Shown here piece after piece: positions 36,030 through 52,319 of a stretch of DNA of 64,000 nt. Position 1 is the first letter of the stretch, and each line of letters opens with the position of its first letter. A model generated the notes under the pieces. That model saw nothing but the letters and a program-made list of their open reading frames with translations, was not told where the DNA came from and made no database searches. The stretch covers positions 39,432,001 through 39,496,000 of the forward strand of contig NC_091290.1 in assembly GCF_032444005.1 (NCBI RefSeq), in the 5' to 3' direction. This stretch comes from Ranitomeya imitator. Lineage: Eukaryota. The translations under genes and the position numbers were made by a program.

Positions 36030-36700
36030 AGCTCACTAGAAAAACTAATACCATAAAAGAATTTAAGTTTATTATCCACAGCATTAAAAAACCAAACGTT
36101 GACACTAAAGACTTTAAAAACACCAAGCAACTCAAATAAAATGTAAACCTATTTTACCTAACCAGACAATTGTGCAGGGAAGGGTGGGGACGAATACAGA
36201 TATTTTAACCCTAGTTACCCCTTCTTGTACCCTACCTGCCAGTGGAGGTTTGCACCCTCTTGAACGCGATATGGCGCCCCCGCTCCTCGGCGGCTGACCC
36301 TGCTGGCCCTAGGAGTCCCTCACTAATTGGTGATTTACCTTAAACCAAAAAAACCTTACAAATATAAATCCTAAACACCTGGTACATATACACCATTCGA
36401 AAACACTCGGGGATTATAAATTGGGATCCATGGCAAATATATATATATACATACAACATAAATCACTACCAGGTATAAATGACCAATCTTTAATGGTCTG
36501 ACACTTATCAGGCAGTCATATTCTGATTATTTCTCACCCCTTAGTCCCTAATATCGTCCCTTGCCTACCAGCGGAGGTTGGCACCCTCTTGGACGCAACA
36601 TGGCGCCCCCGCTCCTCGGCAGCTAACTCTGGTGGCCCTAATGAATCCCTTATTGGTTTACTAGCGCAGGGACATTACCAGGGATAGCGACGAAGAAACC
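36030..36700 (-). mobile_element. Probable retroelement UTR remnant (Penelope-like) with an internal duplication
   Basis: Two diverged copies of CCAG(T/C)GGAGG...GCACCCTCTTG...ATGGCGCCCCCGCTCCTCGGC at ~36240 and ~36570, AATAAA on the minus strand near 36070. Confidence 0.3.
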
Positions 36701-37834
36701 GCCAAAAGTGGGTGTTTTTCACAAACCCCTCATTTCAGTCAGACCATATTATAAGAGAGAGTGCGGTGCAACACATTCAAAGATGCCCAATAGAGTTTTC
36801 TATAGCAAGATATTGATATAAACCTCAACAAGGCACATACAAAATATGTAAATATTACAACATGTCCTCCACAGATGAAATATCCCGGAATCATTCAGAA
36901 ATGCTTAATAAAGGTTCTTAGCAAAATGTTCATATAAACCCCCAACAAGGCACATAAGATATGTAGATATTGCAACATGTCCTACACAAAAGACATATCC
37001 CGGAATTATAAAAAACATTTATTGCACCATGCCCAGAAAAAATATAAGTCCACATATATAGTGATAAAGTCCAGTAAATACTGGCAGACTTATCTGTATT
37101 CATATCCTGGTAACATTAGCCTCGCCACGTTTCCCTCCCATGATATAGTCCCTCAGGAGGCTTATGGGGAATTCCAGGTGTATAAAAGACATCAGCGATT
37201 GCAGGTTGCAGGTGTAGGAATCACCATGGCCAAGATCTTGCAATAATCACAGGGGAACAATTTGAAAAAATTTCTGTTGAGTTAGGTTTTTGAGCCGATT
37301 TATACTAAAATTGGCATGCTGATTCCAAAAATGTAGTCAGTTTTTTTCTAGCACGTCAAGTTTTTCCTCCACAGCTTACCTGCCAGAGAAGCACAATTGC
37401 ACTGATATCTGTAATAAGACTTGTTATCTGATTACAATTCGACTCATATAGAGCTACGTGGCAACTTGTAAGAGTAGTCACAACTTTGTCATGCCTATTT
37501 CTTATATATTTCATTTTTTGTTCATATTTGTACTATTTAAAAAAAACAAACGTTTTAGGTACAGTAGTTTACATAGTTTTGAGAAGACAAAAATCCTATA
37601 GTTCAAAAACTTGACGTGATAGAGAAAAACGGAGATCATTTCTGGATTCAGCATCCAAAAAATTAATTAAGAACAGTTGTCTGACCTAACTCTTAAAAAA
37701 AATTGTGTTCCCCAGTGTGTTTATTTTTTATAATTCCAGGATATTTCTTTCGTGTAGGACATGTTGCAATATCTACATATCTTTTATGTGCCGCCTTGGG
37801 GTTTATATTAACATTTTGCCAAGAACCTTTATTA

Positions 37835-38177
37835 GGCTATGTGCACACGTTCAGGATTTCTTGCAGAAATTTCCTGAGAAAATCCTGAGATTTTCTGCAA
37901 GAAATCTGCATGCGTTTTTTTTTGCCGATTTTTCCCAGACATTTCCCAATGCATTATATAGTGGGAAATCCACGAAAAATCCACAAAATTAATGAACAAT
38001 GCTGCGTTTTTTACCACGATGCGTTTTTTTTGTGGGAAAAAAAAAAAAGATGCATCATGTGCACACAAATTGTGGAATTCATTAAAAATGATGGGATGCA
38101 TAATGTATGCTTTTTTTGTGGTTTTATAGTGTTTTTATCGGGAAAACACGAAAAATCAGCAACGTGTGCACACAGCC
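37835..38177. mobile_element. PIF/Harbinger MITE
   Basis: TTA|GGCTATGTGCACACG...CGTGTGCACACAGCC|TTA. Confidence 0.85.
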
Positions 38178-38712
38178 TTAAGCATTTTCTGAATATTCTG
38201 GGATATTTCATCTGTTGTAATATTTACATATTTTGTAGGTGCCTTGTTGAGGTTTAGATCAGTATCTTGCTAGAAACCTTGCCTGAGCATGCCCAGGTAT
38301 TGCATGGAGGTCATACAGGCACGTGGAGGCCACACACACTACTAAGCATCAGTTCATCGTCTTGCAGCATTTGCACTGAAGTTGGATCAGCCTTTAATTT
38401 GATTTTCCACTTTGATTTTGAGTAGCATTCTATATTCAGACCTTCATGGGATATTTTAATTTACATTGATCATTTTTATTTTTCTCAACACATTCCACTA
38501 TGTAATGAGTAAAGATTTTCAACCAGAATTTTTCATTCAGTGATTCCTAGGATGTGCTGTTTTAGTGTTCCATGTTATTTATTTTGTTGAGCAGCGTGTA
38601 CCAAGTTTTAAGGTGTAAATGGCTGCCTTTTTTAAAATAGTGATTTCTGTTACAGAAAATCTTTACATTTCACCCACAGATGACTCCACACGGGACAATG
38701 AAGTTCTATATT

Positions 38713-38718
38713 TTTATT
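38713..38718 (-). terminator. FAU polyadenylation signal
   Basis: AATAAA on the minus strand, ~16 nt after the stop codon. Confidence 0.8.
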
Positions 38719-38734
38719 AACTCTCTAAGACAAA

Positions 38735-41812
<3,078 letters not shown>

Positions 41813-42205
41813 GGTGTCAGCTACAATGAGAGAGAAAAAATACAATGTCAGAGTTATAAAGCAGTGAGAAATCACAGTATTAGAAGCCTGTACAGTGTAT
41901 TAAGAGGAAACGCATACCCCCCCCTGCACACACACAAACAGCTCATGGGGGAGCCGACTCGCATACCCCCTTCCTACAGCAAGCGGGAGAAATGGCCCTC
42001 CACCTGCCTCTTTCACAGCAAGCGGGTCTTAGCTGGCCCCCCATAGCTTTGCAATAGTCAAGTCCCGGGCACCACTGTTATCCATGCACACTCCACAATG
42101 TTGTAGATACAGAGATCCAGGCGGTTTCCTTTTGGCAACTATTCGTACAGAAAAATCAATGTAGGACCTTGATCACATCATAGAAATATCATATGCCATG
42201 GATTG

Positions 42206-43808
42206 GCCCGCTAACCCCACCACCACAGCCCGTGGGTGACGAGGCCTGCTAACCCCACCACCACAGCCCGTGGGTGACGAGGCCGCTAACCCCACCACCA
42301 CAGCCCGAGGCCCGCTAACCCCACCACAGCCCGAGGGGGACGAGGCCCGCTAACCCCACCACAGCCCGTGGGGGACGAGGCCGCTAACCCCACCACAGCC
42401 CGAGGGGGACGAGGCCCGCTAACCCCACCACAGCCCGAGGCCCGCTAACCCCACCACAGCCCGAGGGGGACGAGGCCCGCTAACCCCACCACAGCCCGAG
42501 GCCCGCTAACCCCACCACAGCCCGAGGGGGACGAGGCCCGCTAACCCCACCACAGCCCGAGGCCCGCTAACCCCACCACAGCCCGAGGGGGACGAGGCCC
42601 GCTAACCCCACCACAGCCCGAGGGGGACGAGGCCCACTAACCCCACCACAGCCCGTGGGGGACGAGGCCGCTAACCCCACCACAGCCCGAGGGGGACGAG
42701 GCCCGCTAACCCCACCACAGCCCGTGGGGGACGAGGCCGCTAACCCCACCACAGCCCGTGGGGGACGAGGCCCGCTAACCCCACCACAGCCCGTGGGGGA
42801 CGAGGCCCGCTAACCCCACCACAGCCCGAGGCCCGCTAACCCCACCACAGCCCGAGGGGGACGAGGCCCGCTAACCCCACCACAGCCCGAGGGGGACGAG
42901 GCCCGCTAACCCCACCACAGCCCGTGGGGGACGAGGCCGCTAACCCCACCACAGCCCGAGGGGGACGAGGCCCGCTAACCCCACCACAGCCCGTGGGGGA
43001 CGAGGCCGCTAACCCCACCACAGCCCGTGGGGGACGAGGCCGCTAATCCCACCACCACAGCCCGAGCGGGACGAGGCCGCTAATCCCACCACAGCCCGAG
43101 GGGGACCAGGCCGCTAACCCCACCACAGCCCGAGGGGGACGAGGCCGCTAACCCCACCACCACAGCCCGTGGGGGACGAGGCCCGCTAACCCCACCACAG
43201 CCCGAGGGGGACGAGGCCGCTAACCCCACCACAGCCCGAGGGGGACGAGGCCGCTAATCCCACCACAGCCCGAGGGGGACGAGGCCGCTAATCCCACCAC
43301 AGCCCGAGGGGGACGAGGCCGCTAATCCCACCACAGCCCGAGGGGGACGAGGCCGCTAACCCCACCACAGCCCGAGGGGGACGAGGCCGCTAATCCCACC
43401 ACAGCCCGAGGGGGACGAGGCCGCTAATCCCACCACAGCCCGAGGGGGACGAGGCCGCTAACCCCACCACAGCCCGAGGGGGACGAGGCCGCTAATCCCA
43501 CCACAGCCCGAGGGGGACGAGGCCGCTAATCCCACCACAGCCCGAGGGGGACGAGGCCGCTAATCCCACCACAGCCCGAGGGGGACGAGGCCGCTAATCC
43601 CACCACCACAGCCCGTGGGGGACGAGGCCGCTAATCCCACCACCACAGCCCGTGGGGGACGAGGCCGCTAATCCCACCACCACAGCCCGTGGGGGACGAG
43701 GCCGCTAACCCCACCACAGCCCGTGGGGGACGAGGCCGCTAACCCCACCACAGCCCGAGGGGGACGAGGCCGCTAATCCCACCACAGCCCGAGGGGGACG
43801 AGGCCCGC
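42206..43808. repeat. GC/CpG-rich minisatellite, 34-bp core (variants 24-38 bp), ~45-50 copies, in FAU intron 1
   Basis: Tandem GAGGCCGCTAACCCCACCACAGCCCGAGGGGGAC. Confidence 0.95.
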
Positions 43809-44089
43809 CAGTTTCCACGTGCCCACCAGCTGTGATGTCCGGCGGCTGCAGCAGCCCTCCTACCCCGGTACACACACCGATATGTGCACACTATACCCGA
43901 CCCGCCGTACACATCACCCCGCACCTCACTCCACGCCGGCGGGCGACAGTGCGCACACGTGCCGGGGCATACCGGCGATAACCCGACAGCACCGCACTCT
44001 CCGGAGCCGCCACGCGCCCTCCCGCCCGCACACATCATACACCGGCAGCACCGAGCCTCCGGCCCATAAACCCGCCACCAGCTCCTCAC

Positions 44090-44135
44090 CGGCCGCTCCG
44101 CGTCTCGCAAAATGGAGGAAAGGAAAAAGGAGGAG
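44090..44135 (-). other. FAU: FAU non-coding exon 1 with 5'TOP tract
   Basis: Minus strand CTCCTCCTTTTTCCTTTCCTCCATTTTGCGAGACGCGGAGCGGCCG|GTGAGG. Confidence 0.85.
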
Positions 44136-44298
44136 CAATGAGCGCGCACGTATTTTAAATCAAAGCGTGAACGCGCACGAGACGCGTGATGACGCAGCAC
44201 GTTGACATCCATGCTGGCACTCTCATTAGGATCTGTGAGGCCGCCATATTGGTATACCCACAAAATAGGAAGCTGCCGGTGGTGACGGTCGAGGAAAG
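44136..44298. promoter_or_regulatory. FAU/MRPL49 bidirectional CpG promoter
   Basis: ~160 bp between divergent first exons. YY1 motifs GCCGCCATATT (44240) and AAGATGGCGGC (over the MRPL49 ATG), CRE-like TGACGCA, AT-rich TATA-like tract upstream of the TOP. Confidence 0.8.
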
Positions 44299-44361
44299 AT
44301 GGCGGCCCCCATACTGAGAAGGACAACACTGGGAGCACTGAATGCTGTGGTCAGACTGCAG
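44299..44361 (+). CDS. MRPL49: MRPL49 exon 1 (mitochondrial targeting peptide)
   Basis: [21 protein letters not shown]|GTACCG, Arg-rich with no acidic residues, phase 0 matching exon 2. Confidence 0.88.
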
Positions 44362-47300
44362 GTACCGCATGGTGACGTTGTGTGTACACTAGAGGCGGCT
44401 GTGGACACAATGTTACATTAGGACTTGTGCTGAGCAGCCAGCGGCTTGTGTTCTACTGTTCATGCTCTGTCTGCCCATGACAGGACCACTTAAAGGGGTT
44501 GTCCATCCCCACTGAAATGTTTGTTATAAGCTTAGGCTACTTTCACACTTGCGTTGGTACGGGGTGTCGCAAACCATCGGCCCGACGGACAGTGTGTTAA
44601 ATGTAGCACAACGTGGGCAGCGGATGCAGTTTTACAACGCATCCGCTGCCCATTGTGATGAGCGGGGAAGAGGGGGCGGAGTTTCAGCTGCGCATGCGCG
44701 GTCAAAAATGGCAGTCACGACGCACAAAAAAAGTGACATTGAAAGTTTTTTAGTGAGTTGCGTCCGCCAAAAACACGATGCATCCGTCGCACGACGGATG
44801 CAACGTGTGGCCATACGTCGCAATGCGTCACTAATGCAAGTCAATGGAGAAAAAAAACATCCTGCGGGCAACTTTGCAGGATGCATTTTTTCTCCAAAAC
44901 GACGCATTGAGACGTACGCCAAACAATGCAAGTGTGAAAGTAGCCTTAGACTATTACAAAGTGATTGGGCCAAATCCAGACCTCGTTGTCCGGGCCACAG
45001 ACGGCTCTGAGGCTGGGGACGTGCACAGCTTTCTATGGAGCATCTATGGGGCCATAATGAACGGTGCAGAGCATTATATATGGCACAGCTTTATATGGAT
45101 CATCTATGGGGCCATAATGAACGGTGCAGAGCATTATATATGGCACAGCTTTATATGGAGCATCTATGGGGCCTGTTATGAAAGGCAATTCAGTACCACA
45201 ATGGACATAGCGGTCAGAGCACATACAGTGATCTGACAATAACCCAAAATCATAGAACGAGCTCTGAGACATGGAAACTCTGTAGACCGCAATCCCTAAT
45301 CCTCTCCAAACAACACTAGAGGCAGCCGTGGATTGCGCCTAACTCTGCCTATGCAACTCGGCACAGCCTGAGAAACTAACTAGCCTGAAGATAGAAAATA
45401 AGCCTACCTTGCCTCAGAGAAATACCCCAAAGGAAAAGGCAGCCCCCCACATATAATGACTGTGAGTTAAGATGAAAAGACAAACGTAGAGATGAAATAG
45501 ATTCAGCAAAGTGAGGCCCGACTTTCTTAACAGAGCGAGGATAGAAAAGGTAACTTTGCGGTCTACACAAAACCCTAAAGAAAACCACGCAAAGGGGGCA
45601 AAAAGACCCTCCGTACCGAACTAACGGCACAGAGGTACACCCTTTGCGTCCCAGAGCTTCCAGCAACAAAATAGACAAGCTGGACAGAAAAAATAGCAAA
45701 CAAATAGCAAAGAAGAACTTAGCTATGCAGAGCAGCAGGCCACAGGAATGATCCAGGGAAAAGCAAGTCCAACACTGGAACATTGACAGGAAGCCAGGAT
45801 CAAAGCATTAGGTGGATTTAAGTAGAGAAGCACCTAACGACCTCACCAGATCACCTGAGGGAGGAAACTCAGAAGCCGCAGTACCACTTCCCTCCACCAA
45901 CAGAAGCTCACAGAGAGAATCAGCCGAAGTACCACTTGTGACCACAGGAGGGAGCTCTGCCACAGAATTCACAACAGGGGCCATAATGAACGGTGCAGAG
46001 CATTATATATGGCACAGCTTTATATGGAGCATCTATGGGGCCAAAATGAACAGTGCAGAGCATTATATATGGCACAGCTTTATATGGAGCATCTATGGGG
46101 CCATAATGAACGGTGCAGAGCATTATATATGGCAGAGCTTTATATGGAGCATCTTATGGGGCAATAATGAACGGTGCAGAGCATTATATACGGGGCACAG
46201 CTTTATATGGAGCATCTATGGGGCCAAAATGAACGGTGCAGAGCATTATATATGGCACAGCTTTATATGGAGCATCTATGGGGCCATAATGAACGGTGCA
46301 GAGCATTATATGTGGCACAGCTTTATATGGAGCATCTTTGGGGCCATAATGAACGGTGCAGAGCATTATATGTGGCACAGCTTTATATGGAGCATCTTAT
46401 GGGGCAATAATGAACGGTGCAGAGCATTATATATGGGGCACAGCTTTATATGGAGCATCTATGGGGCCATAATGAACGGTGCAGAGCATTATATATGGCA
46501 CAGCTTTATATGGAGCATCTATGGGGCCATAATGAACGGTGCAGAGCATTATATATGGCACAGCTTTATATGGAGCATCTATGGGGCCATAATGAACGGT
46601 GCAGAGCATTATATATGGCACAGCTTTATATGGAGCATCTATGGGGCCTGTTATGAATAGGTAATTCAGAACCACAATGGACCTTGAAGTTCAGAGCACA
46701 CAAGTGACCTGACAAAAACCACAAAACATAGGACGAGCTCTGAGACGTGGGAACTCTGCTGACCGCAATCCCTAAACCTATCAAACCACACTAGAGGTAG
46801 CCGTGGATTGCGCCTAACGCTCCCTATGCAACTCGGCACAGCCTGAGAAACTAGCTAGCCTGAAGATAGAAAAATAAGCCTACCTTGCCTCAGAGAAATT
46901 CCCCAAAGGAAAAGGCAGCCCCCCACATATAATGACTGTGAGTTAAGATGAAAATACAAACACAGAGATGAAATAGATTTAGCAAAGTGAGGCCCGACTT
47001 ACTGAATAGACCGAGGATAGGAAAGATAGCTTTGCGGTCAACACAAAAACCTACAAACAACCACGCAGAGGGGCAAAAAGACCCTCCACACCGACTAACG
47101 GTACGGAGGTGCTCCCTCTGCGTCTCAGAGCTTCCAGCAAGCAAGCAAAACCAAAAAAGCAAGCTGGACAGAAAATATAGCAACAAAAGTAACACAAGCA
47201 GAACTTAGCTTATGCTGAGCAGACAGGCCACAGGAACGATCCAGGAGGAAGCAAGACCAATACTAGAACATTGACTGGAGGCCAGGATCAAAGAACTAGG

Positions 47301-50300
47301 TGGAGTTAAATAGAGCAGCACCCAAAGACTTAACCTCACACCTGAGGAAGGAAACTCAGAAGCCGCAGTACCACTCGTGACCACAGGAGGGAGCTTGATC
47401 ACAGAATTCACAACAGGGGCCATAATGAACGGTGCAGAGCATTATATATGGCACAGCTTTATATGGAGCATCTATGGGGCCAAAATGAACGGTGCAGAGC
47501 ATTATATATGGCACAGCTTTATATGGAGCATCTATGGGGCCATAATGAACGGTGCAGAGCATTATATATGGCACAGCTTTATGTGGAGCATCTATGGGGC
47601 CATAATGAACAGTGCAGAGCATTATATATGGCACAGCTTTATATGGAGCATCTATGGGGCCATAATGAACGGTGCAGAGCATTATATATGGCACAGCTTT
47701 ATATGGAGCATCTTATGGGGCAATAATGAACGGTGCAGAGCATTATATGTGGCACAGCTTTATATGGAGCATCTATGGGGCCATAATGAACGGTGCAGAG
47801 CATTATATATGGCACAGCTTTATATGGAGCATCTTATGGGGCAATAATGAACGGTGCAGAGCATTATATATGGGGCACAGCTTTATATGGAGCATCTATG
47901 GGGCCATAATGAACGGTGCAGAGCATTATATATGGCACAGCTTTATATGGAGCATCTATGGGGCCATAATGAACGGTGCAGAGCATTATATATGGCACAG
48001 CTTTATATGGAGCATCTATGGGGCCATAATGAACGGTGCAGAGCATTATATATGGCACAGCTTTATAAGGAGCATCTATGGGGCATAATGAACGGTGCAG
48101 AGCATTCTATATGGCACAGCTTTATATGGAGCATCTATGGGGCCATAATGAACGATGCAGAGCATTATATATGGCACAGCTTTATATGGAGCATCTATGG
48201 GGCCATAATGAACTGTGCAGAGCATTATATATGGCACAGCTTTATATGGAGCATCTATGGGGCCATAATGAACTGTGCAGAGCATTATATATTGCACAGC
48301 TTTATATGGAGCATCTATGGGGCCATAATGAACGGTGCAGAGCATTATATATGGCACAGCTTTATATGGAGCATCTTTGGGGCCATAATGAACGGTGCAG
48401 AGCATTATATATGGCACAGCTTTATGTGGAGCATCTTTGGGGCCATAATGAACGGTGCAGAGCATTATATATGGCACAGCTTTATATGGAGCATCTATGG
48501 GGCATAATGAACGGTGCAGAGCATTATATATGGCACAGCTTTATATGGAGCATCTATGGGGCCATAATGAACGGTGCAGAGCATTATATATGGCACAGCT
48601 TTATGTGGAGCATCTTTGGGGCCATAATGAACGGTGCAGAGCATTATATATGGCACAGCTTTATATGGAGCATCTATGGGGCATAATGAATGGTGCAGAG
48701 CATTATATATGGCACAGCTTTATATGGAGCATCTTTGGGGCCATAATGAACGGTGCAGAGCATTATATATGGCACAGCTTTATATGGAGCATCTATGGGG
48801 CATAATGAATGGTGCAGAGCATTATATATGGCACAGCTTTATATGGAGCATCTTTGGGGCCATAATGAACGGTGCAGAGCATTATATATGGCACAGCTTT
48901 ATATGGAGCATCTATGGGGCCATAATGAACGGTGCAGAGCATTATATATGGCACAGCTTTATGTGGAGCATCTATGGGGCCATAATGAACGGTGCAGAGC
49001 ATTATATGTGGCACAGCTTTATATGGAGCATCTTATGGGGCAATAATGAACAGTATGGAGCATCTATTTTTATTTTTGAAATTCACCGGTAGCTGCTGCA
49101 TTTCCTACCCTAGGCTTATACTCGAGTCAATAAGTTTTCCCAGTTTTTTGTGGCAAAATTAGGGGGGTCGGCTTATACTTGGGTCGGCTTATACTCGAGT
49201 ATATATGGTATGTTTATTGTATTTGTCTATATTTGCCCCATTCACATGTAAAGCGCCATGGAATAAATGGCGCTATAAAAATGATAATAATAAATTATTG
49301 GATAAAAAGAAATTGGAGCATGCTCAGTTTAAAAAAACGGATCCGGCTTTTTCTGGATCCGGCACCTTCCGGCTCCCATAGGCTTTCATTCTAGCAAACA
49401 GCCGGAAGCGCTGGATCTGGCGCTTCAGGCTTTTTCGCCGGAGACAAAAAAAGGTTACAGTAGACTTTTTTCCAGACACCGGAATCGAATGTTCGCCGGA
49501 TCCGGGAAAAAAAACGGAAGAAACACTGGGCCATCCGGCGCAATCCGGTGCTAATACAAGTCAATGGGGGGGAAAACCGGTTCCGGTTTTTATTTTTTCC
49601 AGTTCTGGTTTTTCTCCAAAGAGCCGGATTTAGCCTGAAACAAAAAACCTGATGTGTGAAAGTAACCTACGGCTACAAGTGTGCAGTGACTCCTCACATC
49701 GCGGGAATCTCCGGTTGTGTGACCAGAAGTTTGTGATCTGAATACTCCCCGTCGCATTCTGACTGGATATGTCCGGCCTCGCTCAATACACTTGTATTCA
49801 ATGAGGTCACGTACGTCTAGTCGGCATGTGACCGCATGTATGCAAATACATACTTGCGGCACCAGAGAATTACGGTACAAAGTGACTGCAAAATTGTACC
49901 CTAAGGCCAGACAACCTCTGTAAATAAGCTTCTCAGCTAAAAATGTCATAGTCTATTCCTTTCTAAACATTTCTCTTACCAATAACCAATTCCCCCAGTT
50001 TCCATCATCGCTTTTCTCTTTTGCGTGGGATGATGCTACTTCCTCCAACATAAGGCCGGCTTCACACTCAGCGTATGAAAATACGGTCCGTATATTACGG
50101 CCGTAATACGCTGAAAAGTCCCGAAAATAGTGGTCCGTATCTCCTCCGTAGGCAGGGTGTTTCAGCGTTTTTTGCGCATGGCATCCTCCGTATGTAATCC
50201 GTATGGCATCCGTACTGCGTGTTTTTATCGCAGGCTTGCAAAACCGACATACGGATATACAAGGGATCCATGTGTTAAAAATATATATATATATACTGTC

Positions 50301-52260
50301 TCTCTCTCTCTCTATATATATATCTATCTATCTATCTATATCAGTAGACACATATATGTGTATATTAATATTTCATACAGCCGCGATATAGCAGAAAGCC
50401 GGTAATTCAATTACCGGCTTTTGCTTTCTCCTTCCTGAACCCGACATGATATGAGACCTGGTTTACATACAGTAAACCATCTCATATCACCATTTTTTTT
50501 GCATATTCCACACTACTAATGTTAGTAGTGTCTATGTGCAAAATTTGGCCATTCTAACTAGTAAATTAAGGGGTTAAATGGCGGAAAAAATTGGCGTGGG
50601 CTCCCGCACAATTTTCTCCGCCAGAGTAGTAAAGCCAGTGACTGAGGGCAGATATTAATAGCCTGGAGAGGGTCCACGGTTATTGGCCCCCCCTGGCTAA
50701 AAACATCTGCCCCCAGCCACCCCAGAAAAGGCACATCTGGAAGATGCGCCTATTCTGGCACTTGGCCACTCTCTTCCCATTCCCGTGTAGCGGTGGGATA
50801 TGGGGTAATGAAGGGTTAATGTCACCTTGCTATTGTAAGGTGACATTAAGCGAAATTAATAATGGAGAGGCGTCAATTCTGACACCTATCCATTATTAAT
50901 CCAATACTAATAAAGGGTTAAATAAAAACACACACACATAATTACAAATTATTTTAATGAAAAAATCACAAAGGTTGTTGTATTAATTTATTCTACTCTC
51001 AATCCACTCACTGAAGACCCTCGATCTGTAAATAAAAAAATAAAAATAAACCAAGAATATACATACCTTCCGAGGATCTGTAAGGTCCAACGATGTAAAT
51101 CCATCAGAAGGGGTTAAAATATTTTGCAGGCAGGAGTTCTGCTAATGCAACGCTACTCCTGCCTGCAAAAACCCAGCGAATGAAGGTAAAGTAGGTCAAT
51201 GACCTATATTTACCTGCATTTGCGGTGAGGCGCCCTCTGCTGGCTGTTCCTAGAAAGCTCCCAGGCTCGAGATCATAAGAGGCGCCCTCTGCTGGTTGTC
51301 CTCATATGAACTCGAGCCAGGGAGCTTTCTAGGAAAGTTCCCACGATCTAGGAACAGCCAGCAGAGGGCGCCTCACCGCAAGTGAAGCTAAATATAGGTC
51401 AATGACCTACTTTACCTTCATTCTCCGGGGTTTTGCAGGCAGGAGTAGCGTTGCATTAGCAAAGCTCGTGTCTGCAAAATATTTTAACCCTTTCAGATGG
51501 ATTTACATCGTTGGACCTTACAGATCCTCGGAAGGTATGTATATTCTTGGTTTATTATTTTTTTTTTATTTACAGATCGAGGGTCTTCAGTGAGTGGATT
51601 GAGAGTAGAATAAATTATTACAACAACCTTTGTGATGTTTTCATTAAAATAATTTGTAATTATGTGTGTGTGTTTTTTTTTTAACCCTTTACTAGTATTG
51701 GATTAATAATGGATAGGTGTCAGAATTGACGCCTCTCCATTATTAATTTGGCTTAATGTCACCTTACAATAGCAAGGTGGCATTAACCCTTCATTACCCC
51801 ATATCCCTCCGCTACACGGGAATGGGAAGAGAGTGGCCAAGTGCCAGAATAGGCGCATCTTCCAGATGTGCCTTTTCTGGGGTGGCTGGGGGCAGGTATT
51901 TTTAGCCAGGGGGGCCAATAACCGTGGACCCTCTCCAGGCTATTAATATCTGCCCTCAGTCACTGGCTTTACTACTCTGGCGGAGAAAATTGTGCGGGAG
52001 CCCACGCCAATTTTTTCCGCCATTTAACCCCTTAATTTACTAGTTAGAATGGCCAAATTTTGCACATAGACACTACTAACATTAGTAGTGTGGAATATGC
52101 AAAAGAAATGGTGATATGAGATGGTTTACTGTATGTAAACCAGGTCTCAAATCATGTCGGGTTTTAGGAAGGAGATAGCAAAAGCCGGTAATTGAATTAC
52201 CGGCTTTAAAGCTGTCTAGCGCTGGAAGAAATATTAATATATATACATATGTGTCTCACT

Positions 52261-52319
<59 letters not shown>

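Larger units (their letters stand above)
45025..49050. repeat. 60-bp satellite, ~40 units in three blocks separated by two solo LTRs
   Basis: Unit GGGGCCATAATGAACGGTGCAGAGCATTATATATGGCACAGCTTTATATGGAGCATCTAT. Blocks ~45025-45173, 45977-46648, 47416-49050. Confidence 0.97.

Noticed and set aside
42567-44338. ORFs across the GC-rich VNTR and promoter
   Set aside because: Repeat and CpG-island artefacts overlapping FAU intron 1 and exon 1.
45025-49092. CRISPR-like appearance and long repetitive ORFs in the 60-bp array
   Set aside because: Units are contiguous with no unique spacers, the context is eukaryotic, and the ORFs arise because the unit length is a multiple of 3.
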